Assembly (NCBI GenBank): GCA_013239625.1 | Contig: MU056050.1 | Location: 1,288,084 to 1,352,083, forward strand | DNA: 64,000 bases | Source of the DNA: Lama guanicoe | Lineage: Eukaryota | Direction of reading: 5' to 3' | In this document: piece by piece, positions 12,969 to 24,419 of the stretch | Layout: each line of letters starts with the position of its first letter | How positions within the stretch are numbered: the stretch's first letter is position 1 | The notes under the pieces: model-generated | Database searches by the model: none | What the model saw: only the letters and a program-made list of their open reading frames with translations | Told to the model about the DNA's origin: nothing | Made by a program: the position numbers and the translations under genes

Positions 12969-14035
12969 TTGACCTATCATTTAAAATGGACAATGTCCAA
13001 GAGATGGCTGGGCATTACTGATGAATTACTCTCATCTAACTGATTCTTCATTCCCCTTGATTGAAATCTAAAGTTAAATGCTGGGAAAGAATGCAGCCAC
13101 ACCCTTCCTTACTAGCCCTTCTCAGGAAGGCTCCATTTTATTTTGTTAGCAGTGCTAATTGCTCCCTATTACTCTGCCATTATGCTCCCCTTCCAAAATA
13201 AATAATATTTATGAAACATTGGAACAATAAATAAAGTGTGTTTATTGTGTTTATTCAACACTGAGGCTTCTTTTCCAAATTGCATGGCTCAGCTCTGACT
13301 GCTGTTCAAGCAGAGCCATCATGCTTTCCAAACTGCCCTGCCAACTTGTTTGTCTCTGCATATGCATTTTTTTCTTTGAGATTTGGAGAATAGCAATTAG
13401 GCAATTCCAGGTGGTGTGGTTACCAGAAGATAATCACATTTTGGAGCCATCAGATGCTTTACACACAGAGACTTTGTAATTCTCAGGGGTATGATTATCT
13501 CACCCCATCTCTTCTTCATGCCATGTCAGTATCCCCTTCTGTTTTCACAGTACTAACTTACAGATTCTTTAATCCCTTCCCCCCAATTATGTCCTTTTAA
13601 CCATATAATCATACTAATAACAGTGTCAGAAAACAACAACCAGCACAAAAATCAACACAGCACTGTACTGAGCCAACGTTTTAGGTTTTTTTTTCAACAT
13701 TTAATTGCAGTATGTATCATATTTTCCAGTAATTCATTGTTTTTGGAAAACTAACAGGGAAATTTATAGATATCCAGAATCTAAAGGTAACAGATTTTGA
13801 TCTCCAGCTTTAGCCATATCTCATTTTTCTCCATATTTTCAACTTACCCTACCTGTTCCAACCTCCCCTAACATTTAGCACAGTGCATGGGATAGAGTAG
13901 GTACAAAGTAATTGCTTTGTCTTGAAAATGTTCCAGCCACTTAATATAATACAGCAATGCTTAAAATAGTATCTCTAAGCCTAAATGTCAGTTATCTTCA
14001 GAAGTATTTTCAAATGAGTCACCATATTATAATGA

Positions 14036-14310
14036 CTATGTTTCCCAAACTGTATTCCATAATACCATAATGTGCCATGAAATGTTAATAGATAGACTGT
14101 ACAAAGTAAAGCTCCATGATTAATCAAGTTTTAGAATGTCTAGATTAAATAAATTTCATTAATCTGTTAAAGGTTCTGAATCATCCTGTAGTCCTGTACA
14201 TTGGGACTTCCAAGAGTGATTTTTTTTTCCCATGAAATATTTCTAAAATTTACTTGGCTACAGAATTCTTTATTATTTGCAAGATGCATTAAAGGAATAG
14301 CCTCAAAAAA
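14036..14310. mobile_element. Ancient hAT-Charlie-derived element (MER112/MER113-like)
   Basis: Starts tgtttcccaaactgtattccat and has an internal repeat ttctaaaatttacttggctacagaattctttt typical of these elements. Family not resolved. Confidence 0.45.
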
Positions 14311-14469
14311 TGTAAAACCCAATGAAATTTAATAGTTAAAATAAAAACGCTTAGAGGTTTGTAGCTTGAGGTCCATATGTAGGCTTCAGGGGATCAGTGT
14401 TAGATTCTGCATTTTTCTCGGCTGAAACTTAAACCATTGGTTATTTGTGTTTGTACTCTTATAGGAATA

Positions 14470-14990
14470 TAAAATGGATTAGTAAGAAATTAATTTCAGC
14501 TGGATCAGGAAAACCAAGAAAAGCCTAATTGGAGAAGGTATCATTTATGTTTGGCTTTGAGGATTTCAAGTTAGAAATGATAAAGAAAGAACATTCCAGA
14601 AAAAGTAGACAACTTAAGTGTATTGGAAGAGTAAAATGCTGAGTATATTTGAAATGTGGTAAGAGATCTCATTAAGTTTGAGATTAGGATACAGTGTATT
14701 GCAGCTTAGGATGCATGAGTAGTATAATGGGAAATAATGTTGAAAAAATACGTTGGAATTAGGTTAAGCAGTTTTTGAATCCCACAATAAGGTTTTTGAT
14801 TTTGATCTTTCCATTTACCCATTTATAACCTTCGATAGTCTCCCATTTTCTAAATAATTTCCCATTTTATAAAGTAATCTGGTAGTGATAGGATAGACTG
14901 GGGGAAGAAAATAATGACAGAAGGATCAATTCAATGAACTCAGAAGTTTAGGTGTAATGTTATGAGGGCTCTAAATTCAGCAGTGACAAT
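14470..14990 (-). mobile_element. L2 LINE fragment
   Basis: Purine-rich antisense L2 phrases (ggagaaggtatcatttatgtttggctttgagga; aatctggtagtgataggatagactgggg; tatgagggctctaaattcagcagtgaca). Confidence 0.55.
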
Positions 14991-15103
14991 CAGACCAGAA
15001 AAAAAAAATTGTTTAGCTTTAGCTTTTGTAATGGCAAGTGTAAGTGACTATTGAGGATCCATGTACTATTCACTTTCCCCGTCTTAACATCCGCTGTCTA
15101 GAC

Positions 15104-15320
15104 CTATGCTGTGTCATATGGTACCCAGTAGCCACATGTGACAAATTACATTTAAATTTAAATTAGTTACAATTAAGAAAAATTAGAAATTGAGTTTCTC
15201 ACTAGAACTAGCCATATTTCAAGTGCTCAAAATACCCACATGTGGCTAGTAGCTATCATACTGGACAGTACAGATAGAGACCATTTCTATATCTGGAGAC
15301 AGTTCTATCAGAAAACTCTA
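15104..15320 (+). mobile_element. MER3 hAT-Charlie element, near full length
   Basis: tagccacatgtg...tttaaatttaaattagttacaattaa...ctagccatatttcaagtgctcaa...cacatgtggctagtagctatcatactggacag; TSD-like gtctagac (15096-15103) / atctaggc (15321-15328). Confidence 0.88.
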
Positions 15321-15499
15321 ATCTAGGCTATAAAACCTATGCAGAAATGTAGCAGCCTGAAATGAGTGATTTGGGGATGGCATAATTTCTGCCAGTACTG
15401 GCCCTCATTGAATCGGGAAGGAGGAAAACCTGGTATTTAGTGTCTCCAGTCTGCACTTTGTGCCAAGTCAGTGCTTGCTTTCTCTCTCATGCTCTCATG

Positions 15500-15690
15500 G
15501 TGCATGTCTCTTCCTCTGTGTTCCCACAGCGCTCTGCTTATCTCTGTTGCAGCCCTTATGACACAGCTGACACATTGATTTGCTTGTCCTTCTCCTCCAC
15601 AATGTTGTATCCTCAGCATTTAGCACAGTGGATAACACAAAAGAACTTACAGAGGAATTGCTTCATGAATTTCTGTGGATGGATGAATGA
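15500..15690 (+). mobile_element. L2 3'-end fragment
   Basis: ttgtatcctcagcatttagcacagtg ... tggatggatgaatga tail. Confidence 0.5.
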
Positions 15691-17479
15691 GGTGTCAAAG
15701 CAGCATCGTAGTAAGTCATTAGCAGGGACATGGCATGAGGTATTTTTGATTAAGGTGGCCTATTAATTCTGCTTCTCAAAGAATATATTTCATGAAGAAT
15801 TTCTTATACCTAAGTTTTGTTTGCTGTAAGTGCCTTCAGAATTGAGTTTGAGGAAACAGCAGTATGGAGTAGGTATATTGTCTCTCCACAAGAAGGAGTT
15901 TACAGTTGTAACCATATAGAGATGAAGCTTCTTCTGGACAGACAAGTACAGAAGTGGAAAAGCGTAACAGATTTAGCATCTAGAAGGGAAAGTATAATTC
16001 ATTCTTTTCCTGCTGGGTATGAAGATGTATCAGATTCCATTTACTAGCTGGGGCAGAAGCAGGACTTACAAGGCAGTGCATTGTGGCTAAGCATATACAT
16101 TGCTTTGTGTTAATTTCCCAGGATTATTGTTTTTGATTCTCCTTGTAATGAAATAATAAATGCATAGAGGTCACCTAAGTTGGGAAATAGATTACAGGCT
16201 TGGTCCCAGTGACATCTTTTTCCCCTCCATAAAAGTGGACCTGGCTGACAGATGGAGAGGCTCAGGCGCCTGGGACTGTCAATTAAACAGCACAGCAAGT
16301 ATGTAGACAAGATGGCTGTTTTTGGTAATTGAAGCTGGCCTGTTCAGTACTGGGAAGTAACAAAAATGCCCTGCTTAGTTCTTTCATGTTTGCCTAAGAC
16401 ATTAAAAGCTCTCACCTTTTTCCCCCCTGTCATTTCATAGGCTAGCAATGCTTTCCCTGATAAATGAGGCTGTGTCTCTAGGTAAAGCCTGAGTGTGGTT
16501 TCAGAATCTGATAGAATAATGGTTCTCCTCTTTGCCGGTCTGTTTCCTGAAATGCTTCCTCATTTTAAATCTCCAGTTCTTGCATTTCCATTCCCCCTGT
16601 GAGAGCTCCATTCTCACTGTTGTCAGCAGAAGCAGTTGCTCAGTGCGGTGCAGCGAGCCTGACGGATGGCTTTAATTCACTGGTCCCAGACCGCCTTTAC
16701 GATTGCTCAGGTCCTGGAGAGAGCTGGCCACCCAAGGCAGCAATCAGTGCCTCTGTGTTTCAACACCTGTCTCGACAGCCTGAGGACATGGAGATTGGTG
16801 CCAAGTAGAAGAAATAGAAACAGATATTTCGTGTAATTTCTGCAATGCTGGGGGCTGCCAGAGTGGGAGAGAAGGTCTTGACATTACATCACAACTGACC
16901 ACAGTCTCCCATTTGCCACCATTTCAAGCTCGGGATGAAATAAGGGTTGTCCCCTTGTCATGAAGTGACATCAGACAGAAAATATAGATAACTCTTCTCT
17001 AAATTTAAGTTTGGGAGAAAGTTTAATTTGGATATATATATAGAGAGAGTGGGATATCTCCTTGAAAGAAAGGTCTCTGTCAATTATAATTTCTTTACTA
17101 TCCTGAGTCTAGGTTAAATTCTCCTCTTTTCTATTTCCTTTTATTAATTCATTTTACTTGTGTTTAATTATTGCTACCCATACCCTTATTGCTATACACA
17201 GATATGCCAGGAAAGTGGCTAACTGCCTGTAACTCGCATAATACTGGGCAGACCCCTTCTACTTTTTCGCTTGTATTTCAAGTGAGTGGATTAGTTCAGA
17301 TGGACAGCTTACACTTTGAGATGAGTTTTTCCAATTACCTTCTTGTTATCTAATTGCATATTACAATTTAGCTTTGTGACAGATTCGTCGTTTGTTACTT
17401 AAGAAGAGTGTGGAGATGAGAGCAATTCATGACTAAACTCATGTTATCATAAGTTGGCATGGAGTCATCATAACTGGGC

Positions 17480-17580
17480 CATGGAGAGCACTTCATAGTT
17501 TACAAAGAATGTTCACATCTCTGATTTTCATTGAATCCTCATAAGAACACTATGAGAAAGACTGGATCCTCATTTTACAG
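17480..17580 (-). mobile_element. MIR fragment
   Basis: tttcattgaatcctcataagaacactatgag...cctcattttacag. Confidence 0.55.
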
Positions 17581-18262
17581 CGCAGCACAGTGATAAGAAT
17601 AGTAGATCACAGGATTTGGAATCAGTATTCCTACAATTTTAGTCCCTTTAGCGTTTCCAGCAGTTACACTGTGCTTTCCTAAGGGGCAGACTTATAAATG
17701 CGGCCAGAGTGGCATTAGGCAAAATCCGGACAAAGAACCAATTGAAGAATTCAGAGAGCTACCTCAGGCCCTTTCTGGCAGACCTTGTCTGGTTCAAAGT
17801 GTTTGCTTCTTCCTTCTCAATTGCTGTGATTTTGGGCTTTGCAAAACTGTGGGCTCAGCATTGCCCCAAAATGGAACTCATCTGACCACAGAACAGAGGA
17901 GTTTTCTACAGGCAAACATTCTGGGGCTATCATGTTGCCCTTCTTGCTGTGCCAGCCTTGATCTCATGCCACACTTGAAATAATTTGGCCTTATTTCTGA
18001 AACTCAGCTACTCCCATCATTCTCCCATTTGGATGATCAGATCCTTATCCTCTTATTTTTAAGTTCCTGTTGTATAAATAATATTCCCAGTACCCTCAAA
18101 TCAAAGGAGTTGATTTAAAAACTAGTATGTTGGCTCCATCTTCCCATTGTAGTTAACTATATAGGTGACCACCATCTCCCCAAATTTGACACTGTACTGA
18201 TCTTCCCTTCTGTTGGCAACACCTGAATAGATGACGTGTTTTCTCAGTGTGGAAAGTAGTTT

Positions 18263-18814
18263 TGTTACCCCAAAAGGCAAAAGTAAAAGACCCCAGTTAT
18301 TCTCATGCACAAAAGATAAGAATTCGAATGGGAGACAGTGTGTTGTATAGTGAAAGATTTTAAAGGCTTTATTTAGGAAAGAAAAAGACACCTCCAAGAA
18401 TGGGAAGCAGGCTGATTCAAGGGAGGAAAAGCTGGTGTCTTTTTTGTCCCTTCCTTTTACCCTTGCTTAGAGGTGGTCTCTTCATTGATTGATGACTCTT
18501 GCCCTGGAATGCCTAGTCATGTTTGTCCCCTTTTGCAAATGTCCTTACCCATGATGCACACAGAAAAACCCATGCAGGGGGCATCTAAACTGCAATGCTA
18601 ATTGTATTACAGTGAGCATTGGGTCATGTCCAGTTAGATCCTTCTTGCTACCACACGGTTGTGGCTGTCGGGTTCTAACTGGTTTCCTGCTGGCATTCAT
18701 TTAGAGGAAGTAAAGCCCTTTATGCTGGAGGCAGGCATATCCCCATCTTCCAGACCGTCCTCCCACTCCTCCACCTTATCTGCCCGGTGCCCCCACTTAT
18801 CTAACTACCTAACA
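18263..18814 (-). mobile_element. Solo LTR, ERV1-class (~550 bp)
   Basis: TGTTA...TAACA inverted termini; 4-bp TSD-like gttt / gttc; minus-strand AATAAA (tttatt, 18368-18373) about 105 nt from the 3' end; minus strand starts TGTTAGGTAGTTAGATAAG; GC-richer than the flanks. Confidence 0.8.
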
Positions 18815-19639
18815 GTTCCACTAAGGTAAGCATAGTTTTTTCGTCTCTTTGCATTTAATTGCTTGGTGATCTGGTAAAGAAATTCAGATTACGAGCCTTT
18901 GTTCTCCTTATCACTGAGCTATTATTCATTCTAACAGTATTTCTGAGCACCCTTATTGTTTTCAGCACGCTTAGAATTTAGAAACACCCTCTCCCAGACA
19001 TGTAACTTTTGGAGTTTGCTTGGTAAGGAAAAACATTTGCTGCTCCATAAAGCAGAATAATATGTTATCTAAGTAAGAGTGGCTTTCTTTTTTTCCTATT
19101 TCCCAATTTTCTGGAGAATTTAGGCAAATCAAAAATAGGTTAAAACATTATTTGTGAAGAATTGACCAGAGTGGCTGGCACCTGTAAGATTGCTGAAGGT
19201 TTCTCTCACCTTAAGAATCATACTGTGGTGAGCTGGGGCTTTGTGAAATCTGGAACAAGATCCCTCAAGATCTGTATTACAGACAGATCTTCCTGAACTA
19301 CTAAGTGTATATTTCTCTTTCCTATAGCAGATTTTGGAAACACTGAGCAAAGATGAGGAAGAAAATGGCACAAATCAGGGTTGGCTACTCATCAAACACT
19401 TCTATGTAATTGGCTCTGAGTTGTAATGAGAGGAAAAGATTTAATTTGTGGGGTTGTGCCCACAGAGAGGTTTTGTCCTACAGGCAGCCTCTGGGAACAA
19501 TTGACCATTTAACACATGAAGAAAATTATTTTACAATCTGGCTTTGTTTCTTGACAGATACTGTATTTGTTTGGAGATAGTGAAATGGAGAGAATTAGCA
19601 GCACACAATCAGGTCCTTTTCCTTTCTCAGACTGTAGAG

Positions 19640-19800
19640 GTATTAGGTATGGGAAGGGATCTGGAGATTATTTATACCCCCTCATTTTGCAGATAAGGGA
19701 ACTGAGGCCCAGAGACAGAAAATCACTTCTCTTACTACATAGAATTATCTGGTAGTACAGCCAAGAATTGAACCCAATTTAATAGCTTTTCTTTTGTACC
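19640..19800 (-). mobile_element. MIR fragment
   Basis: cccctcattttgcagataagggaactgaggcccagaga...gccaagaattgaaccca. Confidence 0.7.
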
Positions 19801-20210
19801 ATTTTACTTCCCTAATTTTTTGGCCAGTAGGTTTTATTTTGAGGTGACATGGCAAGAAATCTGTAAAGACAGGATGCGGGTGAAGTTACCTCGTTCTAGA
19901 GGCAGATGTTTGCCAGATCTCTTTCCATGGGCTGGATGTGCTGGCCTTTCAATAACTTCTTTGTTCCAGTCCAAAAAGTATTAAACACTGGCATTCTTAT
20001 AAGTATTCTGAACCAAGGTGCACTTTGTAAGTTCATCTTTGTCAGAATGCAAGTCAGTGCAAAACGACTCACTTAATTTATGTTTCTGTCAACAGTGTGT
20101 TTCTCCTGATTACCTGCACAGACTGTGTGAGGAGACTGTTGAGATGCGGAGTGGTCTCTGTTTGTGTTGAAGAGGCCACTGGTAATTGCATACATGCCTC
20201 CCTCTACCTC

Positions 20211-20243
20211 AGTCACACTTAGTCTCACTTAGTCTCACTTAGT
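20211..20243. repeat. Short tandem repeat, 10-bp unit (agtctcactt) x ~3
   Basis: agtcacactt agtctcactt agtctcactt agt seen directly. Confidence 0.85.
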
Positions 20244-21549
20244 ATATCACCTAAGAAGAGAAAGTCCAAGATTATGCTTTGTGAATTTCATGCACAATCA
20301 TTAGTTATTGTTTTATTTGGGAGAGAGGGCACCAGGAACATTTTGCTTTGTTTCTGTTTTGTGTCTAAAATATTTATCTGTGTGGAGCTACACACGAATT
20401 TGATTATTAAATATTTGCAGTAGGAATTATAGATGTGGAAAGGAGCATACAAACAGGTGGTTTTCAAAAACATTTCACTAGTAGCCCTTTTCTTACATAG
20501 AGTAATAATATGCAAATAGATTAACATAGAGGTACCTTACTTGAAACAAGGGTTGGGTTGGGAATCTGTATTTCTGCCTGCTTATTCTCCTCATATAAAC
20601 ATAATTTATAAGTTTTACTGAGCTTCAAGAATTCTATGAAGAAGGATTTTACAAATTTTTATTTTACAGATCGGAATACTAAGAGCAGTTTGTTCCTTAG
20701 TAAACCACTGGGTTTAGAGCAAATTTGACAGTGGAACCCGGGTTGATAATAGTTCAGTGCTCTTTGTTCCACTTCTGAAAAAGAGAGTGAGATCCTGGTG
20801 AATGAAAACTGAGATGTCGAATTTTGAATAATTGAGCTACTCACAGTGCATGGTAGGTCTGAAAGTGCTCATTGTTCAATTATTATGTAAAATGAAATAA
20901 ATGCTGAGTCCATGACAATTACTACTTTCTACGACTATAACATACATGATGAAACTTTAGATTCTTGGTGTCAATGGCTTATTATCTCCTAAAGGAAAAG
21001 TTATGTGTAACAGCACAGAAAGTAGCACAGAACAGATTATAAAACTACCAAAACTAAAACTAGCTTTTTCCACATTTGAAAGGTTATGGAAACCACTTCA
21101 ATTTGTTTATTTTCAGCCTCATAAAAATTTTATTTACAGCCTGACTTTCTCTACGTTTCCAGAACAAGCAGTAGCAATGCACTATCATTATTAATTAATA
21201 TGTACTTTAAAACAGTAAAATTTATCCTTTTTAGTATATAGTTCTTCAGATTTTGATAAATGAATAGTCACAAAACTAGCAACAGAATCAATATATAGAA
21301 CAGACCCATAACCCCTTTAGTTTCCCCCATGTTCTTTTCTACTCAGTTCTCCACCCCGGCCCTGGCAATCACTGATCTGCTTGAGATCTCCATAGGTTTT
21401 CCTTTTTCCAGAATATCACATGAAAGGAATCAAACAGCATGTGTCCTTTTGAATTTGGCTTCTTTCACTCATTATAATGTTATTGAGATTTATCCATATT
21501 GTTGCATGTATTAGTAGTTTGCTTTTTTGTTGCCAAGTAGTATTCTGTT

Positions 21550-22439
21550 TTATTAGAGGTGGGAGGAAAATTATGCTCAGAGATTGAGATTGTCTTTGCC
21601 AGTAGTTTATTTAACATAGGTTCACTACACAAATTTCACAAGCCAGTAGCATACAGGGTAATGTGTCTCAATGAGCCCATAAAGAAATATACCCCAAACA
21701 AATGATAGATTAATTACATTATTGTTTTGGGCAAGGAGATGACATAAAAGTCCAAATTAAGTTGAGGTGTACCTTTGATCTGAGTTTAGTTTCTCAGAAG
21801 GGCTGGCTTAACCAACCAGGAGGGACTTTCAGCTGCCAGTGAAAACCGAAAATCCCTGTTGCTCAAGAATGAAGGTACTGGTGTTGGCAGCAGGCTAGGG
21901 TGCTCTGAGGGTTACCACACTAGGGACTATTGCCTGGCTTGCCCCACTGCGTACAAGGAGTGCCTCACCAAGGCGGGAACAGATGTCCCTTCTCTTCCTA
22001 AGACTGCTGCGTGCTTTAACACCACTGCTGACTGACCAAGGGTAGCCTAGCCACAGCAGGGGAAAATGTCTCAAGATCTTTGAAGAGCTAGATCAGCAAA
22101 GGGTAGTTTTTGCCCAGACTGAAACTCTTGGATATTCCTCACAAAATCTGGTATTTGTAGTCTAAATATCCTCTTGCCATAGTTGTTTCTCCACACGTTC
22201 TTATCCATGAGCCCCCAGCAGGGCCTCCTAGCATCTGTACTAAGTGCTTATCAGTGACAGCAGATGAGATGATGATGTTCTGACACAACTCACTTCATTC
22301 TTCTATCAAAACAACTTTACTTCTAAAAACAACTTTTTTGTTTATTTTCATTGTCTTTATCATAAACAAGTGGATTAAAACAATCTCACTAAAGTCATAA
22401 GCAAGTGAACTTGAAATCATATCAAGCTGATACATAACA
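21550..22439 (-). mobile_element. Solo LTR (~890 bp, family unresolved) inserted in L1
   Basis: It interrupts the L1 phrase gtagtatt|ccattatatggatatac; the right end ...taaca reads TGTTA on the minus strand; minus-strand AATAAA at 21606-21611; degenerate TSD ctgtt / ccatt. Confidence 0.7.
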
Positions 22440-23249
22440 CCATTATATGGATATACATTTCCCAATTGAAGGCTATTTGGGCTGTTTCCAATTCAGGTCA
22501 ATTATGAATAAAGCTGCTATAAACATTTACATACATGTCTTATGTGAATAGAAATTTTTGTTTCACTTGCGTAAATATGTAGGAGTAGGATTGCTGGGTC
22601 CAATTGATAGTGAATGTTTAACTTTATAAGACACAAACAATTTTTCAGAGGTAGCTGCAGTATTTTGCATTCCCAAAAGAAATGTAGGAGAGTTAGTTGT
22701 TCCACATCCTTGCCAACACTTTGTATTACCAGTGACTTTTTTAACCCATCTGATAGTGTCTAGTGGTATCTCACAGTTTTATTTTCATTTCCCTAATGAC
22801 TAATAATTTTGAGCATCATTTTATATATCATTTTAAATTTGTATAGTTTCTTTACTATTATGTCTGTACTAATATTTTGACCATTTTTAAAATTGAGCTC
22901 GTTTCATTATTATTGAGTTTTTAGGAGTTTTTAAATACATATTTTGGATATAAGCACTTTGATATCTGACTTGAAGATATATTTTCTGTCTGTAGCTTTC
23001 TTTTCATTCTCTGTCTTTTGAAGGGCAAAAATTCTTAATTTTGATGTTCAGTTTATATGGATTTATTTTATGCTTTGGGGCAATGCTTAAGAAATCTTTG
23101 TCATACTCAAGTTCACTAAAATGTTATACTATGTTTTCTTCTAGTAGTTTTATTGTTTTAGGTTTTACATTTAGGCCCATAATCTAATTTTGAGTTACTT
23201 TTTTACACATGGGGTGAGGAATGGGTTGAGGCTTTTTGTTCCTTATGAG

Positions 23250-23595
23250 TTTGACTTTTTCCCCACATGTACGTTATACCATGTAGTATCTGTCTTTCTC
23301 TCTGGCTTATTTCACATAGCACAATGCCCTTTCTACCTCTATAATTCCTACTGCATAGCATATCCATGTTATCACAAATGTTAGGGTTTTCTTCTCTTTT
23401 GTGGCTGAATAATATTCCATTGTTTATATAATTCATTTTCTTTATTCATTCATCCATTGATGGACGCTTAGGTTGTTTTCATATCTTGATTATTACAAAT
23501 AATGCTGCAATAAACATGGGGTTGCAGATAACTCTTTAATATAGTGATTTAATTTCCTTTGGATGTATACCCAGAAGTGGGATTGCTGGATCATT
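23250..23595 (-). mobile_element. Younger L1 (L1MA-like) 3'-region fragment nested in the older L1
   Basis: tctgtctttctctctggcttatttcacatagcacaatgccct...tggctgaataatattccattgt...atacccagaagtgggattgctggatcat duplicates a region the host L1 already has at ~21440-22600. Confidence 0.8.
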
Positions 23596-23716
23596 TTCTA
23601 TTGCTTTGCTTTTGTTTTGTGAGTGTGAATTTCCAATTGTTCCAGTAAAATTTGCTGGGAAGAATATCCAATCTATTTAATTGCCTTTATACCTTGGTCC
23701 AAAAATCAGTTGACCA

Positions 23717-24419
23717 CAATAGCTGCCTGTGGGCTGACGAGCAACCTTTGAGATCATCTGGCGTGAGGGCTTTGTGCCCCTTCCCCCCTCAAAAAAGGGC
23801 TTTACACTATATAATGGCCAATCAGAAACTTTCTTTAGAGGAGCTGAAATGAAAGCCCTAACAGGACAGATACCATGGGGAAATTAGGAAGGGTCGAGTG
23901 AAGAGGTACAGAAGGCAGGAGCAGAATTTATAAGAAGAGAGTCAGGAATTAAGAAAATATTAAGAGAATTGAAAACAGGAACAAAGCATTGGCTCACTGT
24001 AGTGAGAACACTAGAGTTGGGAGTAATGGATTCCTAGTGTTGAAGACACCAAAGAAGGACTGACTTGGTACTGCTGATCTGTATTCCAGATGATACTACA
24101 GTTCTCTGTGACTGGTTGTAACATTCAGATTCTTTCCTGTCCTTTTATATTACGTTAAGTGTTCTTAGTATGAATCATACTCATCTGTGTGTGTTTCTCT
24201 CCTTTGAACCCAAAATGGCTCAAAATCAAATGTCAGGTTTTTGCCAGAACCAATAGTAGAGTCTGGCTTCATCTGGTATACTGCCTACTCAGAGATGAAG
24301 TATCTTCTAAAGTCTGTGGTATTGGGAATAGATTTTGAGAAGGACTTTTGATTTATCTATGTTAGAATTTTTACAAGAATAAATTAATGTATTGTGTAAT
24401 TGAAAACAAAGAAGAAGAA
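23717..24419 (+). pseudogene. Retroposed non-coding sequence (processed retrocopy or orphan 3' transduction), parent unknown
   Basis: Perfect 16-bp TSD aaaaatcagttgacca (23701-23716 and 24420-24435); AATAAA at 24378-24383; A-rich tail from 24403; no recognisable protein. Confidence 0.7.

Noticed and set aside
20510..20517. Octamer motif ATGCAAAT
   Set aside because: Several copies are expected by chance in 64 kb of AT-rich DNA; no adjacent SOX site or snRNA promoter context.
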